Part shown: positions 37,781 to 46,879 of the stretch, piece after piece
How the letters are laid out: each line of letters begins with the position of its first letter
How positions within the stretch are numbered: position 1 is the first letter of the stretch
DNA from: Nitrospinota bacterium
Lineage (GTDB): Bacteria; UBA8248
Reading direction: 5' to 3'
Assembly: GCA_036231405.1 (NCBI GenBank)
Contig: JAZAHK010000048.1
Coordinates: forward strand, 1 to 63,604
Length of the DNA stretch: 63,604 nt
Made by a program: the position numbers and the translations under genes
The notes under the pieces: generated by a model
Databases searched by the model: none
What the model saw: the letters and a program-made list of their open reading frames with translations, nothing else
Told to the model about the DNA's origin: nothing

Positions 37781-38512
37781 ATGAGGTTTGTTTTGAGTGT
37801 CTTAGTCCTTTTTATTTTTTTGATGCTTATCTTTTCTTTTGTCTTTCTGTTTAAAATAGAGAAGGGATTGAATAGATGGTTGGGTCTCATGTCTGTAGGA
37901 TCTTTCGCATGGGCTCTTTATTCTATTTTCTATGTCGCAAAATTAGATAGATTCCAGTCCGCTCCACAAAAGATTTTTTATATACATGTTCCATCTGCTT
38001 GGATTTCTTTTTTTGCATTCTTTCTTGTTTTTATTTTTTCTGTCAAATACCTTTTTTCAGGAAGGACTAAAGACGATCTTCTTGCAAATTCATTTGCGGA
38101 GGTAGGAGTCTTCTTTAACACTTTAGTTCTTATTACAGGTCCAATTTGGGCAAGGCCTATATGGGGAGTTTGGTGGACCTGGGACGCAAGACTTACGACA
38201 TCCTTAATTTTGTGGTTGTTATATGTTGGCTATCTGATGTTACGATCCTATGTAGACGAATTTGAAAGAAGGGCGCGGTTATCTGCTATTCTTGGAATAT
38301 TTGCTTTTCTAAATGTCCCCATAGTCCATTATTCTGTTTTGTGGTGGCGTACACTTCATCCTGCACCAGTAGTAATTCGAAGCGGTGGAATGGCAGATTT
38401 GCCAATAAGTATGCATATAGCTTTATGGAGTTCTTGCCTTTCTGTTTTGCTTCTTTTTATTTTCCTTGTGAGGAAAAGATTTAATATTGGAGAGTTGTTA
38501 AATAAATTCTAA
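37781..38512 (+). CDS. ccmC: Heme exporter CcmC
   Basis: IFYIHVPSAW, WARPIWGVWWTWDARLT, WWRTLHP. Confidence 0.95.
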   Translation: MRFVLSVLVLFIFLMLIFSFVFLFKIEKGLNRWLGLMSVGSFAWALYSIFYVAKLDRFQSAPQKIFYIHVPSAWISFFAFFLVFIFSVKYLFSGRTKDDLLANSFAEVGVFFNTLVLITGPIWARPIWGVWWTWDARLTTSLILWLLYVGYLMLRSYVDEFERRARLSAILGIFAFLNVPIVHYSVLWWRTLHPAPVVIRSGGMADLPISMHIALWSSCLSVLLLFIFLVRKRFNIGELLNKF

Positions 38513-38538
38513 ATGAGTTTAAGTTAGAGGATGTGTGA

Positions 38539-38673
38539 ATGTCTTATGTGATATCTGCCTACTTAATTTTTTATGTTTCCATTTTTATTTTTTCTGCACG
38601 TACTGTTTTACGATGTAATATATTAGAGAAAAAAATAAAAGAAAATAAAAGGATTGATGGGATTTCTGAATGA
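38539..38673 (+). CDS. ccmD: CcmD-like small protein (44 aa, missed by the ORF track)
   Basis: MSYVISAYLIFYVSIFIFSARTVLRCNILEKKIKENKRIDGISE: YVxxAY, TM, charged tail; GAGGA RBS; ATGA overlap with ccmH. Confidence 0.7.
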   Translation: MSYVISAYLIFYVSIFIFSARTVLRCNILEKKIKENKRIDGISE

Positions 38674-39146
38674 GACAATTTTGCAGATTGATTATTCCCC
38701 TATTTGTAATTTTCTCTTTAACTCTGGCAATCAGTACTTCATCTTTTTCTCAAAAATCAAAAACTACGTACGGTGACGTTTCTAAGTCGCTTATGAGTCC
38801 TGTTTGTCCTGGGAAGATGTTGTCAGATTGCCCTAGTTCAGAGGGTTCACAATTACGAGAAGTTGTAAGGAGGATGATAAGAGAAGGGAAGTCGAAGGAA
38901 GAAATTTTATTGTATTTTGTTGAAGTATACGGAAAATCAGTTCTGTCTGTTCCACCTTCAGAGGGTTTCCTTATTACTTCTTGGCTATTGCCTTTTGTTG
39001 TCTTTGTGTCGGGATTGATAATTTTCTTTTTGTTGGTTTTCTCATGGTTAAGACGTGAGGGAGTTGCAGAGAAGGAAAAAAGTGAAACAATTGTTTCTGA
39101 TTTGGATTCAAGGGTGGAGAGACAATTGAATGATTTTGAAGGGTGA
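38670..39146 (+). CDS. ccmH: CcmH/NrfF-like protein with atypical thiol motif
   Basis: Signal peptide, LMSPVCPGKMLSDCPS, GKSKEEILLYFVEVYG..VL..PP, WLLP TM. Confidence 0.82.
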   Translation: MRQFCRLIIPLFVIFSLTLAISTSSFSQKSKTTYGDVSKSLMSPVCPGKMLSDCPSSEGSQLREVVRRMIREGKSKEEILLYFVEVYGKSVLSVPPSEGFLITSWLLPFVVFVSGLIIFFLLVFSWLRREGVAEKEKSETIVSDLDSRVERQLNDFEG

Positions 39147-39780
39147 CGTATTTCACTTTTTTCATTTTAATTTTAAAGGACTGGTTTTGTACAGAATTCC
39201 CTTTTTTTTGTCTATTATTCTTGCTGTTTCTGTAGTCCTTTTCGTTTTTCTTTTTGACAGTAATTTGAAGATCGAGAAAGAACATACTAACAGTAATTTC
39301 ATTGAAGAAAAGCGCAGTTCAATTTTTGCCAAGATGGGTTTTATTTTATTGCCACTGAAGAAAAAAGCTCCCAGCTTGATTCTACGTTCCTTAGATGCTA
39401 AGTCTTATGGATTAGAGGAATTTTCAGGAAAAGTACTTCTTTTGAATTTTTGGGCTATTTGGTGTCCTCCATGCATTAGGGAAATGCCATCTATGCAAAC
39501 AGCCTATGAAAAATTTAAAGGGAAGGGTTTAGAGGTACTTGCAATTTCGTTGGATAGCAATAATTTCGCTAAAATCAAAGAATTTGTTCAGGAACTTAAA
39601 CTAACTTTTCCTATAGCTTATGACCCAAAAGATGATGCTAAGTTCAAATATGAAGTAAGATCAATTCCAACCACGTTTATAATTGATAGAAAAGGATATC
39701 TTGTTGCGTATTCAAAAGGCCCAAGAGAATGGGATTCTGAAATTGCTTTAAATTTAATAAAATATTTGTTGTCGAAATAA
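39130..39780 (+). CDS. TlpA/ResA/CcmG-like thiol:disulfide oxidoreductase
   Basis: LNFWAIWCPPCIREMP, IPTTFIID. Confidence 0.9.
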   Translation: MILKGDVFHFFHFNFKGLVLYRIPFFLSIILAVSVVLFVFLFDSNLKIEKEHTNSNFIEEKRSSIFAKMGFILLPLKKKAPSLILRSLDAKSYGLEEFSGKVLLLNFWAIWCPPCIREMPSMQTAYEKFKGKGLEVLAISLDSNNFAKIKEFVQELKLTFPIAYDPKDDAKFKYEVRSIPTTFIIDRKGYLVAYSKGPREWDSEIALNLIKYLLSK

Positions 39781-39813
39781 AAATGTTTTGTAATGATAAT
39801 CAGGGGTTAACTT

Positions 39814-40374
39814 TTGAAAGAAAAGATAGGGAAAATAGCTCTTGTCGTATTTCTAACGCCCTTTTTATTAACGATTTTATGGGGTTTGATAAGTCATCTT
39901 AATAAGAGCAATTTTAAAGGGGAACAAAAGAAAATTGTTCTCCAAAGGGGTGTGAAAGTACCCGATTTTTCCTTTCCAGGTTTAGATGGAAGTACAATTA
40001 AACTTTCTGACTATAAGGGAAAGGTAGTCTTGCTCAATATTTGGGCTAGTTGGTGTATTCCCTGTTTGGATGAGATGCCTTCTTTGCAGAACCTATATCA
40101 AAAGATGAAGGAATCTCAAAGAGAATTTGAAATTATTGCTGTTAGTATAGATGCATTAGGCGCTGAGGTTGTAAATAAATTTGTGACGAAATATAAAATT
40201 ACTTTTCCTGTCGCTTTAGATCCACGTCACAAAATAAAAAAAATGTATTCTGCGAAAGGAGTTCCTGAGACTTTTGTTATAGACACAAAAGGAATATTGA
40301 TAAGTAAGATAATCGGTCCTAAAAAATGGGATGATCTGAAAACAATAGAATTCTTTAAGGGAATTGCTCGATAA
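39814..40374 (+). CDS. TlpA/ResA/CcmG-like thiol:disulfide oxidoreductase
   Basis: N-terminal TM, LNIWASWCIPCLDEMP, GVPETFVID. Confidence 0.9.
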   Translation: MKEKIGKIALVVFLTPFLLTILWGLISHLNKSNFKGEQKKIVLQRGVKVPDFSFPGLDGSTIKLSDYKGKVVLLNIWASWCIPCLDEMPSLQNLYQKMKESQREFEIIAVSIDALGAEVVNKFVTKYKITFPVALDPRHKIKKMYSAKGVPETFVIDTKGILISKIIGPKKWDDLKTIEFFKGIAR

Positions 40375-40388
40375 AATTTTATAATTTT

Positions 40389-41486
40389 TTATAATTCATA
40401 TCCAAGACCAAGATTTTTGTTAAGATCTATCATCTGTTCTCTTACGGGAGGAGTTATTGGAACTCCAAGTTTTAAATTTTCTTCTTCAGAGAACTTTTCA
40501 GGTTCACCGTGAATATAAATTTTATCCTCACCTTCCACTTTTTTAGAGTTTCTTATCGTAGTGAACATTTCTGACATTTCTTCAAAAATTAGTGAAGAGG
40601 AGCGAAATCCTTCTAATTTTATTGCGCCCATGAAGTGACCTGTTCCTGCCTTGCTACTGCCACCTGCACCTGCCATGCGCTGCTCTAAATTTGAACCAGC
40701 AAGGACGCCGCAAAGAAGATCAACCATGAGGGATAACCCGTATCCTTTGTGTCCTCCTGTAGAATCTCCTTCTCCTCCTAAAGGAAGAAGAGGGACGTCA
40801 TAATTAAGAATACTTTTTTCGTTTAGAGAAGGTTCCCCAAAAGCTTCTGGCACCCATCCTTTTGGAATTTTTCTACCTTCTCTAAGTGCAGTTTCAATTT
40901 TTCCAACAGCAACTGTGGAAGTTGCCATATCTAGATGAAAATCTGTTTTCCCTGGCCCTCCTGGTATTGCAATACTCATTGGATTTGTGCCGAATATAGC
41001 TTCTGTTCCAAAAGTTGCTGTAGCTCTTCTTCCACCATTCGACATGCTTATTCCAATAAAGCCTTTTTCCATTGCTTTTTTTGCCCAGTAACCTGCGTAA
41101 CCAAAGTGATTGCTATTACGAACTGCAACGAATCCACAGCCATCTTTTTCTGCCATTTTCAGTGCTTCTTCCATTGCACGATTTGATGAGATGATTCCAA
41201 GCGCATTGTCTGCGTCTAAAATTCCTGTAGTATTGCTGCCGCGATTGAAAATCATGTTAGGTTTATTGTTGATTACCCCGTTCCCGAGTCTAACCATAAA
41301 AAAAGTCAATCGAGCTGCCCCGTGACTTCTGATTCCTCTGAGGTCTGCACTAATCAGAACTTCCGAAATCAGTTTACAATCTTTTTCAGGAACACCGACT
41401 GAAGCAAATACTTTGTAAGCAAATTCTTTCACAAATTCGGCAGGATACCGAACGGTCCCTTTCGGGAGTTCTGCTGATTCTACCAT
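40389..41486 (-). CDS. Ldh_2-family dehydrogenase
   Basis: DLRGIRSHG, NHFG, GTNP, LDMATS, GGHKGYGL, HGEPE; GGAGG RBS. Confidence 0.9.
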   Translation of the reverse strand: MVESAELPKGTVRYPAEFVKEFAYKVFASVGVPEKDCKLISEVLISADLRGIRSHGAARLTFFMVRLGNGVINNKPNMIFNRGSNTTGILDADNALGIISSNRAMEEALKMAEKDGCGFVAVRNSNHFGYAGYWAKKAMEKGFIGISMSNGGRRATATFGTEAIFGTNPMSIAIPGGPGKTDFHLDMATSTVAVGKIETALREGRKIPKGWVPEAFGEPSLNEKSILNYDVPLLPLGGEGDSTGGHKGYGLSLMVDLLCGVLAGSNLEQRMAGAGGSSKAGTGHFMGAIKLEGFRSSSLIFEEMSEMFTTIRNSKKVEGEDKIYIHGEPEKFSEEENLKLGVPITPPVREQMIDLNKNLGLGYEL

Positions 41487-41627
41487 ACGCATGCCCCTCC
41501 ATATCAATCAATTACAGGTTTAATTCATTTAATCATATCTTCCTTCTTGTGACTAATAAGGTTTACATCAAAATATTTGTTTGAGAAAATTAATCCTCTT
41601 TACATTATAAAACTTTGGAGATTCTCA

Positions 41628-42680
41628 ATGGTACGAATTGCAGTGATTCGAGGAGACGGAATAGGAAAAGAAGTGATGCCTGAGGCTGAAGAGACTATTC
41701 TAGAGGCAGCTAAGTTGGCGAGCTTTCAGGTTGAATTTAAACATTTCGATTGGGGAAGTGACCGTTATTTAGAAGAGGGCAGAGCGTTACCTGAGAATGC
41801 TTGTGAAATTCTCGTGAAAGAATTTGATGGAATTTTTCATGGTGCGGTTGGAGACCCGAAGGTAGGTGGTTCTGTGGTACAAGAACAAATTCTCCTAGGT
41901 CTTCGTTTTGGGTTAGATCTGTATGCGAATATTCGTCCTTCTAGACTTTATCATGAAGACTTGACTCCTATTAAAAATAAAAAAGCAGGTGAAATAGATC
42001 ACGTGGTAGTTCGTGAAAATACGGAAGGTCTTTTTGTGAATATGGGAGGGTTTTTTAAGGAAGGCACAAAAGATGAGGTTGCAGTTCAGGAAGAAATACA
42101 TACATATAAGGGAGTAGAAAGAATTATTCGATCTGCTTTTTTGTATGCAGAAAGGCATCATAGAAAAAAGGTGACTATGGCAGATAAAGCAAGTGGCTTG
42201 AAATATGCGGGTGGAATTTGGCGAAGAGTTTTTGAAGAGGTGCGGGCGGATTTCGATCACATAAGTTCTGAAGCTAAACATATTGACGCAGTTGCCATGG
42301 AATTGATTCAACGCCCTTCTGAATTTGATGTTTTGGTTACGAATAATATGTATGGTGATATTTTGAGTGATGTTACCTCGGGTTTGGTTGGAGGTATTGG
42401 ACTTGCGCCTTCAGTGAATATGAATATAGATGGAATATCTCTTTTTGAACCTGTTCATGGGACAGCTCCGGATATTGTTGGAAATGGGACAGCCAATCCC
42501 GTTGCATCAATTCTTACTGGTGCTCTTATTCTAGATCACTTAGGATGTGAGGAAGGAGCATCTTCGGTTCGGCGAGCAGTTGAAAGTTCTATAGCCGATG
42601 GATGTAGAACTCCCGATTTAGGTGGAAGCCTTTCTACTGAGGAATGTGGAAAGGAAATTAGAGATCGTTTGCTGCAGTAA
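41628..42680 (+). CDS. Beta-decarboxylating dehydrogenase (isopropylmalate/tartrate dehydrogenase family)
   Basis: GDGIGKEV, LRFGLDLYANIRP, RENTEG, NMYGDILSD, FEPVHGTAPDI, TPDLGG. Confidence 0.88.
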   Translation: MVRIAVIRGDGIGKEVMPEAEETILEAAKLASFQVEFKHFDWGSDRYLEEGRALPENACEILVKEFDGIFHGAVGDPKVGGSVVQEQILLGLRFGLDLYANIRPSRLYHEDLTPIKNKKAGEIDHVVVRENTEGLFVNMGGFFKEGTKDEVAVQEEIHTYKGVERIIRSAFLYAERHHRKKVTMADKASGLKYAGGIWRRVFEEVRADFDHISSEAKHIDAVAMELIQRPSEFDVLVTNNMYGDILSDVTSGLVGGIGLAPSVNMNIDGISLFEPVHGTAPDIVGNGTANPVASILTGALILDHLGCEEGASSVRRAVESSIADGCRTPDLGGSLSTEECGKEIRDRLLQ

Positions 42681-42721
42681 AATATGCTTTTTGAAGTTCA
42701 TTAATTGTATTGAGGGGAAAA

Positions 42722-43081
42722 ATGCCAGAAAAAAATGTTTTTAAGATTGATGAGATTCCATTCCAGGAAGTTGAATGGGGAACTTCCAAGGTTATTGTGG
42801 GCCCTGATGCAAATGGTTCAGAACATTTGCGCGCAGGTATTACAGAATATGATCCAGAAACACCTCATGAACCTCATAGCCATCCAGGACAAGAAGAAAT
42901 TATATGGGTTTTGTCGGGAGAGGGATATACCGAAACACACGGGGTGAAAATGGAACTTAGGCCTGGTTTAGTAGCATATATTCCATCTGGATTGGAACAT
43001 AAAACAGCGGCCGTAGGTGGAAAAATGACTGCGATTATAATGAAGAGTCCTGTAAAAGATTCTTCAGGTGTAGCGAGTTAA
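42722..43081 (+). CDS. Cupin-domain protein
   Basis: HSHPGQEEIIWVLSGEG ... IPSGLEH. Confidence 0.85.
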   Translation: MPEKNVFKIDEIPFQEVEWGTSKVIVGPDANGSEHLRAGITEYDPETPHEPHSHPGQEEIIWVLSGEGYTETHGVKMELRPGLVAYIPSGLEHKTAAVGGKMTAIIMKSPVKDSSGVAS

Positions 43082-44133
43082 TTTCCTGGATAAAGTTTTA
43101 CGATAGGACCTTTGATTTTTGTTTTAGTTGAAAATGGAAGATTGAGTTGATTGATAGATTGTAAAATATTTCTTCCGTTTCCTTTTTTTGGGTCTAAAAT
43201 CTTCGGTTTTTCCCATGCACTGTTTTTGCATGGTATCAAGAAAGGATTTTTCGCGCCGTTTTTATTTAACTCGCAGCCGAAAATGAAAGTTTGTTTTGTT
43301 GCTTCCGTGAAAAAAGGTATGTCGAAGTCGAAGATTAAATTCCCCATACTATATACAATGGGTTTCTTTTTATAGAATTCGATTCCTTGAAGTACGTGCG
43401 GATGTCCTCCTAAAACGATATCAGCTCCTGAATCAATAGAAGCGTAAGCAATTTCTCTTTCGAAATCCTTCACTCTGTGAGTCATGGACGTTCCCCAGTG
43501 ATGATTTACTAGAACAACGTCAACCTTCTTTTTTGAAGACTGAATATCTTTTTTCATTCTTTCTAAATCTTTTTGTAATGTGTAGGTTTTGTCTTCCGGA
43601 AGTGTGCCTGGATATTCGTGTTTACCGCCTTTGAAAATATATTTCGTCTCAATGCGAATAGGATTGATTCCAGGTCTGTTAGATTTTGCGTCAAATCCAT
43701 CTGGGATTATAGAACTGAAACATAACATTCCTAGTTTTATTCCTCCTTTTTCAATTATGGCAGGGTCTCTCGATTTTTTTAAATTATTTCCTGCTCCAGC
43801 AATTGATATTTGTTTTGAACGCATCAATTCTATGGTCTCCAGAAATGCTTTCTCTCCATAATCAAGAGCATGATTATTGGCGAATGCCATGATGTTAAAT
43901 CCCGCATTTTTTAGAGTGTCTGCCATAGAAGGTGATCCACGAAGACATATTTTGTTAGGTTGTTTTTTGCCAATCTTGCTTAGAGGTAATTCAAGATTCC
44001 CAAAAGTGAAGTCTGCATTTTGTAAAATTCTTGTTAGCTTTCCAAAGGTATCTTCTCCCGATTTCCGGTTTATGGCTACATCTCCACAAGCGATAAAGGA
44101 ACAGGAAGGATTAGTTTTTCGATTTTGAACCAT
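43078..44133 (-). CDS. CapA-family metallophosphatase-fold protein
   Basis: GD, NLE, ANNHALDYG, GAG, HWG, GGHPHVLQG, YSMGN; no signal peptide. Confidence 0.88.
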   Translation of the reverse strand: MVQNRKTNPSCSFIACGDVAINRKSGEDTFGKLTRILQNADFTFGNLELPLSKIGKKQPNKICLRGSPSMADTLKNAGFNIMAFANNHALDYGEKAFLETIELMRSKQISIAGAGNNLKKSRDPAIIEKGGIKLGMLCFSSIIPDGFDAKSNRPGINPIRIETKYIFKGGKHEYPGTLPEDKTYTLQKDLERMKKDIQSSKKKVDVVLVNHHWGTSMTHRVKDFEREIAYASIDSGADIVLGGHPHVLQGIEFYKKKPIVYSMGNLIFDFDIPFFTEATKQTFIFGCELNKNGAKNPFLIPCKNSAWEKPKILDPKKGNGRNILQSINQLNLPFSTKTKIKGPIVKLYPGN

Positions 44134-44152
44134 TTTGATTTTATCTTTTCTG

Positions 44153-44554
44153 TTAGTGTGAATCTTCAACCAATTCCCAGAGTGTCCCCATAGTACTTTC
44201 TGGTTTTATAAATGCAATAGTGTGACCCATAAATCCAGGCTTAGGAACTTCGTCTATCAATTCAATATTTTGTTGTTTTAATTTTGCCATAACATCTTCT
44301 ATCCCGGTCACATCATACGCGACGTGGTGAAGTCCTTCTCCGTTTTGTTGTATGAATTTGTGCACTCCGGATTCCTCTGTGATAGGTGATATGGGTTCTA
44401 TTAGATCTCCACCCAGATCGAGCATTGCAAGTTCTGTGTATCCATCTTTAGATGGTTCCCTTCCAAGAAGTTTAGCTCCAGCAGATTCGTATAACTTTAT
44501 CGCGGCGTCCATATCATTTACCGCAATTCCAAGATGATGAATTTTGTTGAACAT
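44153..44554 (-). CDS. mce: Methylmalonyl-CoA epimerase / VOC-family protein
   Basis: IHHLGIAV, GEGLHHVAY, IAFIKP..TMGTLWELVE. Confidence 0.75.
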   Translation of the reverse strand: MFNKIHHLGIAVNDMDAAIKLYESAGAKLLGREPSKDGYTELAMLDLGGDLIEPISPITEESGVHKFIQQNGEGLHHVAYDVTGIEDVMAKLKQQNIELIDEVPKPGFMGHTIAFIKPESTMGTLWELVEDSH

Positions 44555-44724
44555 TTTTTCTCCTTTCATTTTTGTATGCTCTATTTTAATCGCAACTAAA
44601 AGTGAAGATCAATTTAAATTTTTTTTTAATCAATATTTTCAGGCCTTCACGATTCATTTCTTATTCAAGTTCTGTATATTAAGGTCAAAACTGATTTAGA
44701 GAATTTTTACGGTTAAGGTGTCAG

Positions 44725-45600
44725 ATGTCAGATAACTTAATAGGTATTTTTTGGGCTTTTGGTACATCAATACTTGCATCTATGCAGGTAGTAATTCTAT
44801 CTAGACCACTTAAAAAAATAGGTCATTTAGCTGCAACCATATTAACAAATGTGGTGAATTTTATAATACTTTTTACACTTGGGGTAATTACGTATGAAAC
44901 AGGGCAGATTTCGTTAAAAGGTTTGTTATGGTTCGGATTATTGGGAGTGTTAGCGTATAGTTTAGGAAGATACGTCTTCTACAGGTCTTTATGGTCTTTA
45001 GGCCCTCCTAGGTTAACCACGATTGTCTGCACAGCTCCGTTTTATAGTATTATTCTTGCTGTTTTATTCTTAAGTGAAGCTCCAAATTACATCCTTGTCA
45101 CAGGTACAATCTTGGTAGTCTCTGGAGTTGTTTTAGTAAGTTATGAACGTTCAGAAAAAAGCTTTTTTCAAAAAGGAGTAGGATGGGGGCTTTTGAGTGC
45201 ATTCCTTATTAGTTTAAGCATTTTTATACGCAAGATTGGGTTAGAAAGTATGCCCAATCCTTTTTTGACAGTTGCTTGGTCGAATTTTGTTGGATTATTA
45301 ACTCTTTTCGGGATGAGAAGATTTATTGATCCGCAAATGTATCGTTGGGCTGAATGGAAAGTAATTTACCTTGTTTTGATTGCCGCGGTTTTGAACAGTA
45401 TTTCTCAATTTTGCATGAATTTTTCTGTCATGTACGGAGACGTCAGCGTAGTGACGCCCATAATCACTTCGTCCCCTATTTTTTCCTTGCTTTTAACAGC
45501 GATTTTTCTGAGAAAATTTGAGCGAATACGGTTCACTATGGTCTTGGGAGTCATTGTTACCGTTTTTGGAATGATTTTAATTGGAATTTCTCAAAGTTGA
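44725..45600 (+). CDS. EamA/DMT transporter
   Basis: About 10 TM helices in two repeats; GDVSVVTPI. Confidence 0.85.
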   Translation: MSDNLIGIFWAFGTSILASMQVVILSRPLKKIGHLAATILTNVVNFIILFTLGVITYETGQISLKGLLWFGLLGVLAYSLGRYVFYRSLWSLGPPRLTTIVCTAPFYSIILAVLFLSEAPNYILVTGTILVVSGVVLVSYERSEKSFFQKGVGWGLLSAFLISLSIFIRKIGLESMPNPFLTVAWSNFVGLLTLFGMRRFIDPQMYRWAEWKVIYLVLIAAVLNSISQFCMNFSVMYGDVSVVTPIITSSPIFSLLLTAIFLRKFERIRFTMVLGVIVTVFGMILIGISQS

Positions 45601-45697
45601 ATCGTAGTTTTTTTCAGTAAGTGTGTTTTCAATTTAAATTTTTAGTTACATAATCTTGCTAAATTATAATTTTACCTCAAAAAATATGGAGATGGTT

Positions 45698-46789
45698 ATG
45701 AGGAAATCTCATTTTTTTCTGTTAGGTTTTTTTGTTCTTGTTTTCTCTATTTTTTCCTACTTTTCATTTTCCGAAATAAACGCAGCCAAAAAGATCGTCA
45801 AAATTGGTTTTATGGCTCCTTTAACTGGTGGTGCTGCCAGTTATGGTCTTAGTATAAAAAAAGGGGTCGATTTGGCTAATAAGGAAATAGGAGGGGGATT
45901 TCTGAAGATTGTGTATGAAGACTCTAAATGTAGCGGAAAAGAAGCTGTAAGTGCTATCAATAAATTAATCTCTATAGACAAAGTTTCTGCAATTGTTGGT
46001 GAAGTTTGTTCAGGAGCAACTTTGGCATCTGCACCAATTGCAGAACGTAACAAAGTAGTGATGATCAGTTCCTCCTCCACCAGTCCTAAGATTACAAATG
46101 CAGGTGTTTATATCTTTAGAACCGTTCCAAGTGATGCTTTGCAAGGTGATTTTGGTGCCAAATATGTTTATTCGAAAGGATATAGGAAACTCGCAATTCT
46201 ATTCAGTAACGAAGAATATGGTTTAGGGTTCTCGAAAGTTCTTTCAAAGAGTTTTGCAAAAGTAGGGGGTGCCATTGTGGCCAAAGAGAAATTCAAGAGG
46301 GATGCTACTGATTTAAGGACACAATTAACTAAGATCAAATCTTCTGCCCCGGATTCCATTTATATAATTAGTAACTCTCCGCCTTCTGCTGTTTCGGCAT
46401 TGAAGCAGATAAAAGAACTTGGTATTCGTTCTGCATTATTTGGTTCTGAAGGTTTGAAAAGCGATGCTGTATCTAAAGGATCTGCAGGTTCCGCAGAAGG
46501 ACTCATCGTTACCTCGGTCAGTTCTGGTACAAATTCTTTTGCAAAGAGACATTTGAAAGTATATGGGAAGTCTCCGGGCCCTTTCGCAGCTCAAGCATAT
46601 GATGCTTTGAAAGCCATTGCTCTCGCTGTTGGAAAAGGTGCTCGAACTGGAACACAAATCAAGTCAAATCTTTCTGGTATTTCTTTTGATGGTGCTTCTG
46701 GAAGAATTAAATTTGATTCCAATGGCGATGTTTCTGGAAACTACGATATTTTTGTGGTGAAGGCTGGGAAATTTGTTCCTTCAAACTAG
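45698..46789 (+). CDS. Branched-chain amino acid ABC transporter substrate-binding protein (LivJ/K-like)
   Basis: Signal peptide, KIGFMAPLTG, EDSKC, GEVCSG, FRTVPSD, AYDA, GASGRIKFD. Confidence 0.9.
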   Translation: MRKSHFFLLGFFVLVFSIFSYFSFSEINAAKKIVKIGFMAPLTGGAASYGLSIKKGVDLANKEIGGGFLKIVYEDSKCSGKEAVSAINKLISIDKVSAIVGEVCSGATLASAPIAERNKVVMISSSSTSPKITNAGVYIFRTVPSDALQGDFGAKYVYSKGYRKLAILFSNEEYGLGFSKVLSKSFAKVGGAIVAKEKFKRDATDLRTQLTKIKSSAPDSIYIISNSPPSAVSALKQIKELGIRSALFGSEGLKSDAVSKGSAGSAEGLIVTSVSSGTNSFAKRHLKVYGKSPGPFAAQAYDALKAIALAVGKGARTGTQIKSNLSGISFDGASGRIKFDSNGDVSGNYDIFVVKAGKFVPSN

Positions 46790-46879
46790 GTTCTCTGAGG
46801 TTTTAATTGCAAGATATGAGAAGATTTCAGCCTTTTCTGTTTTTGCTAACCGGTTCATTCTCTTATAGGGTATGGTAAA

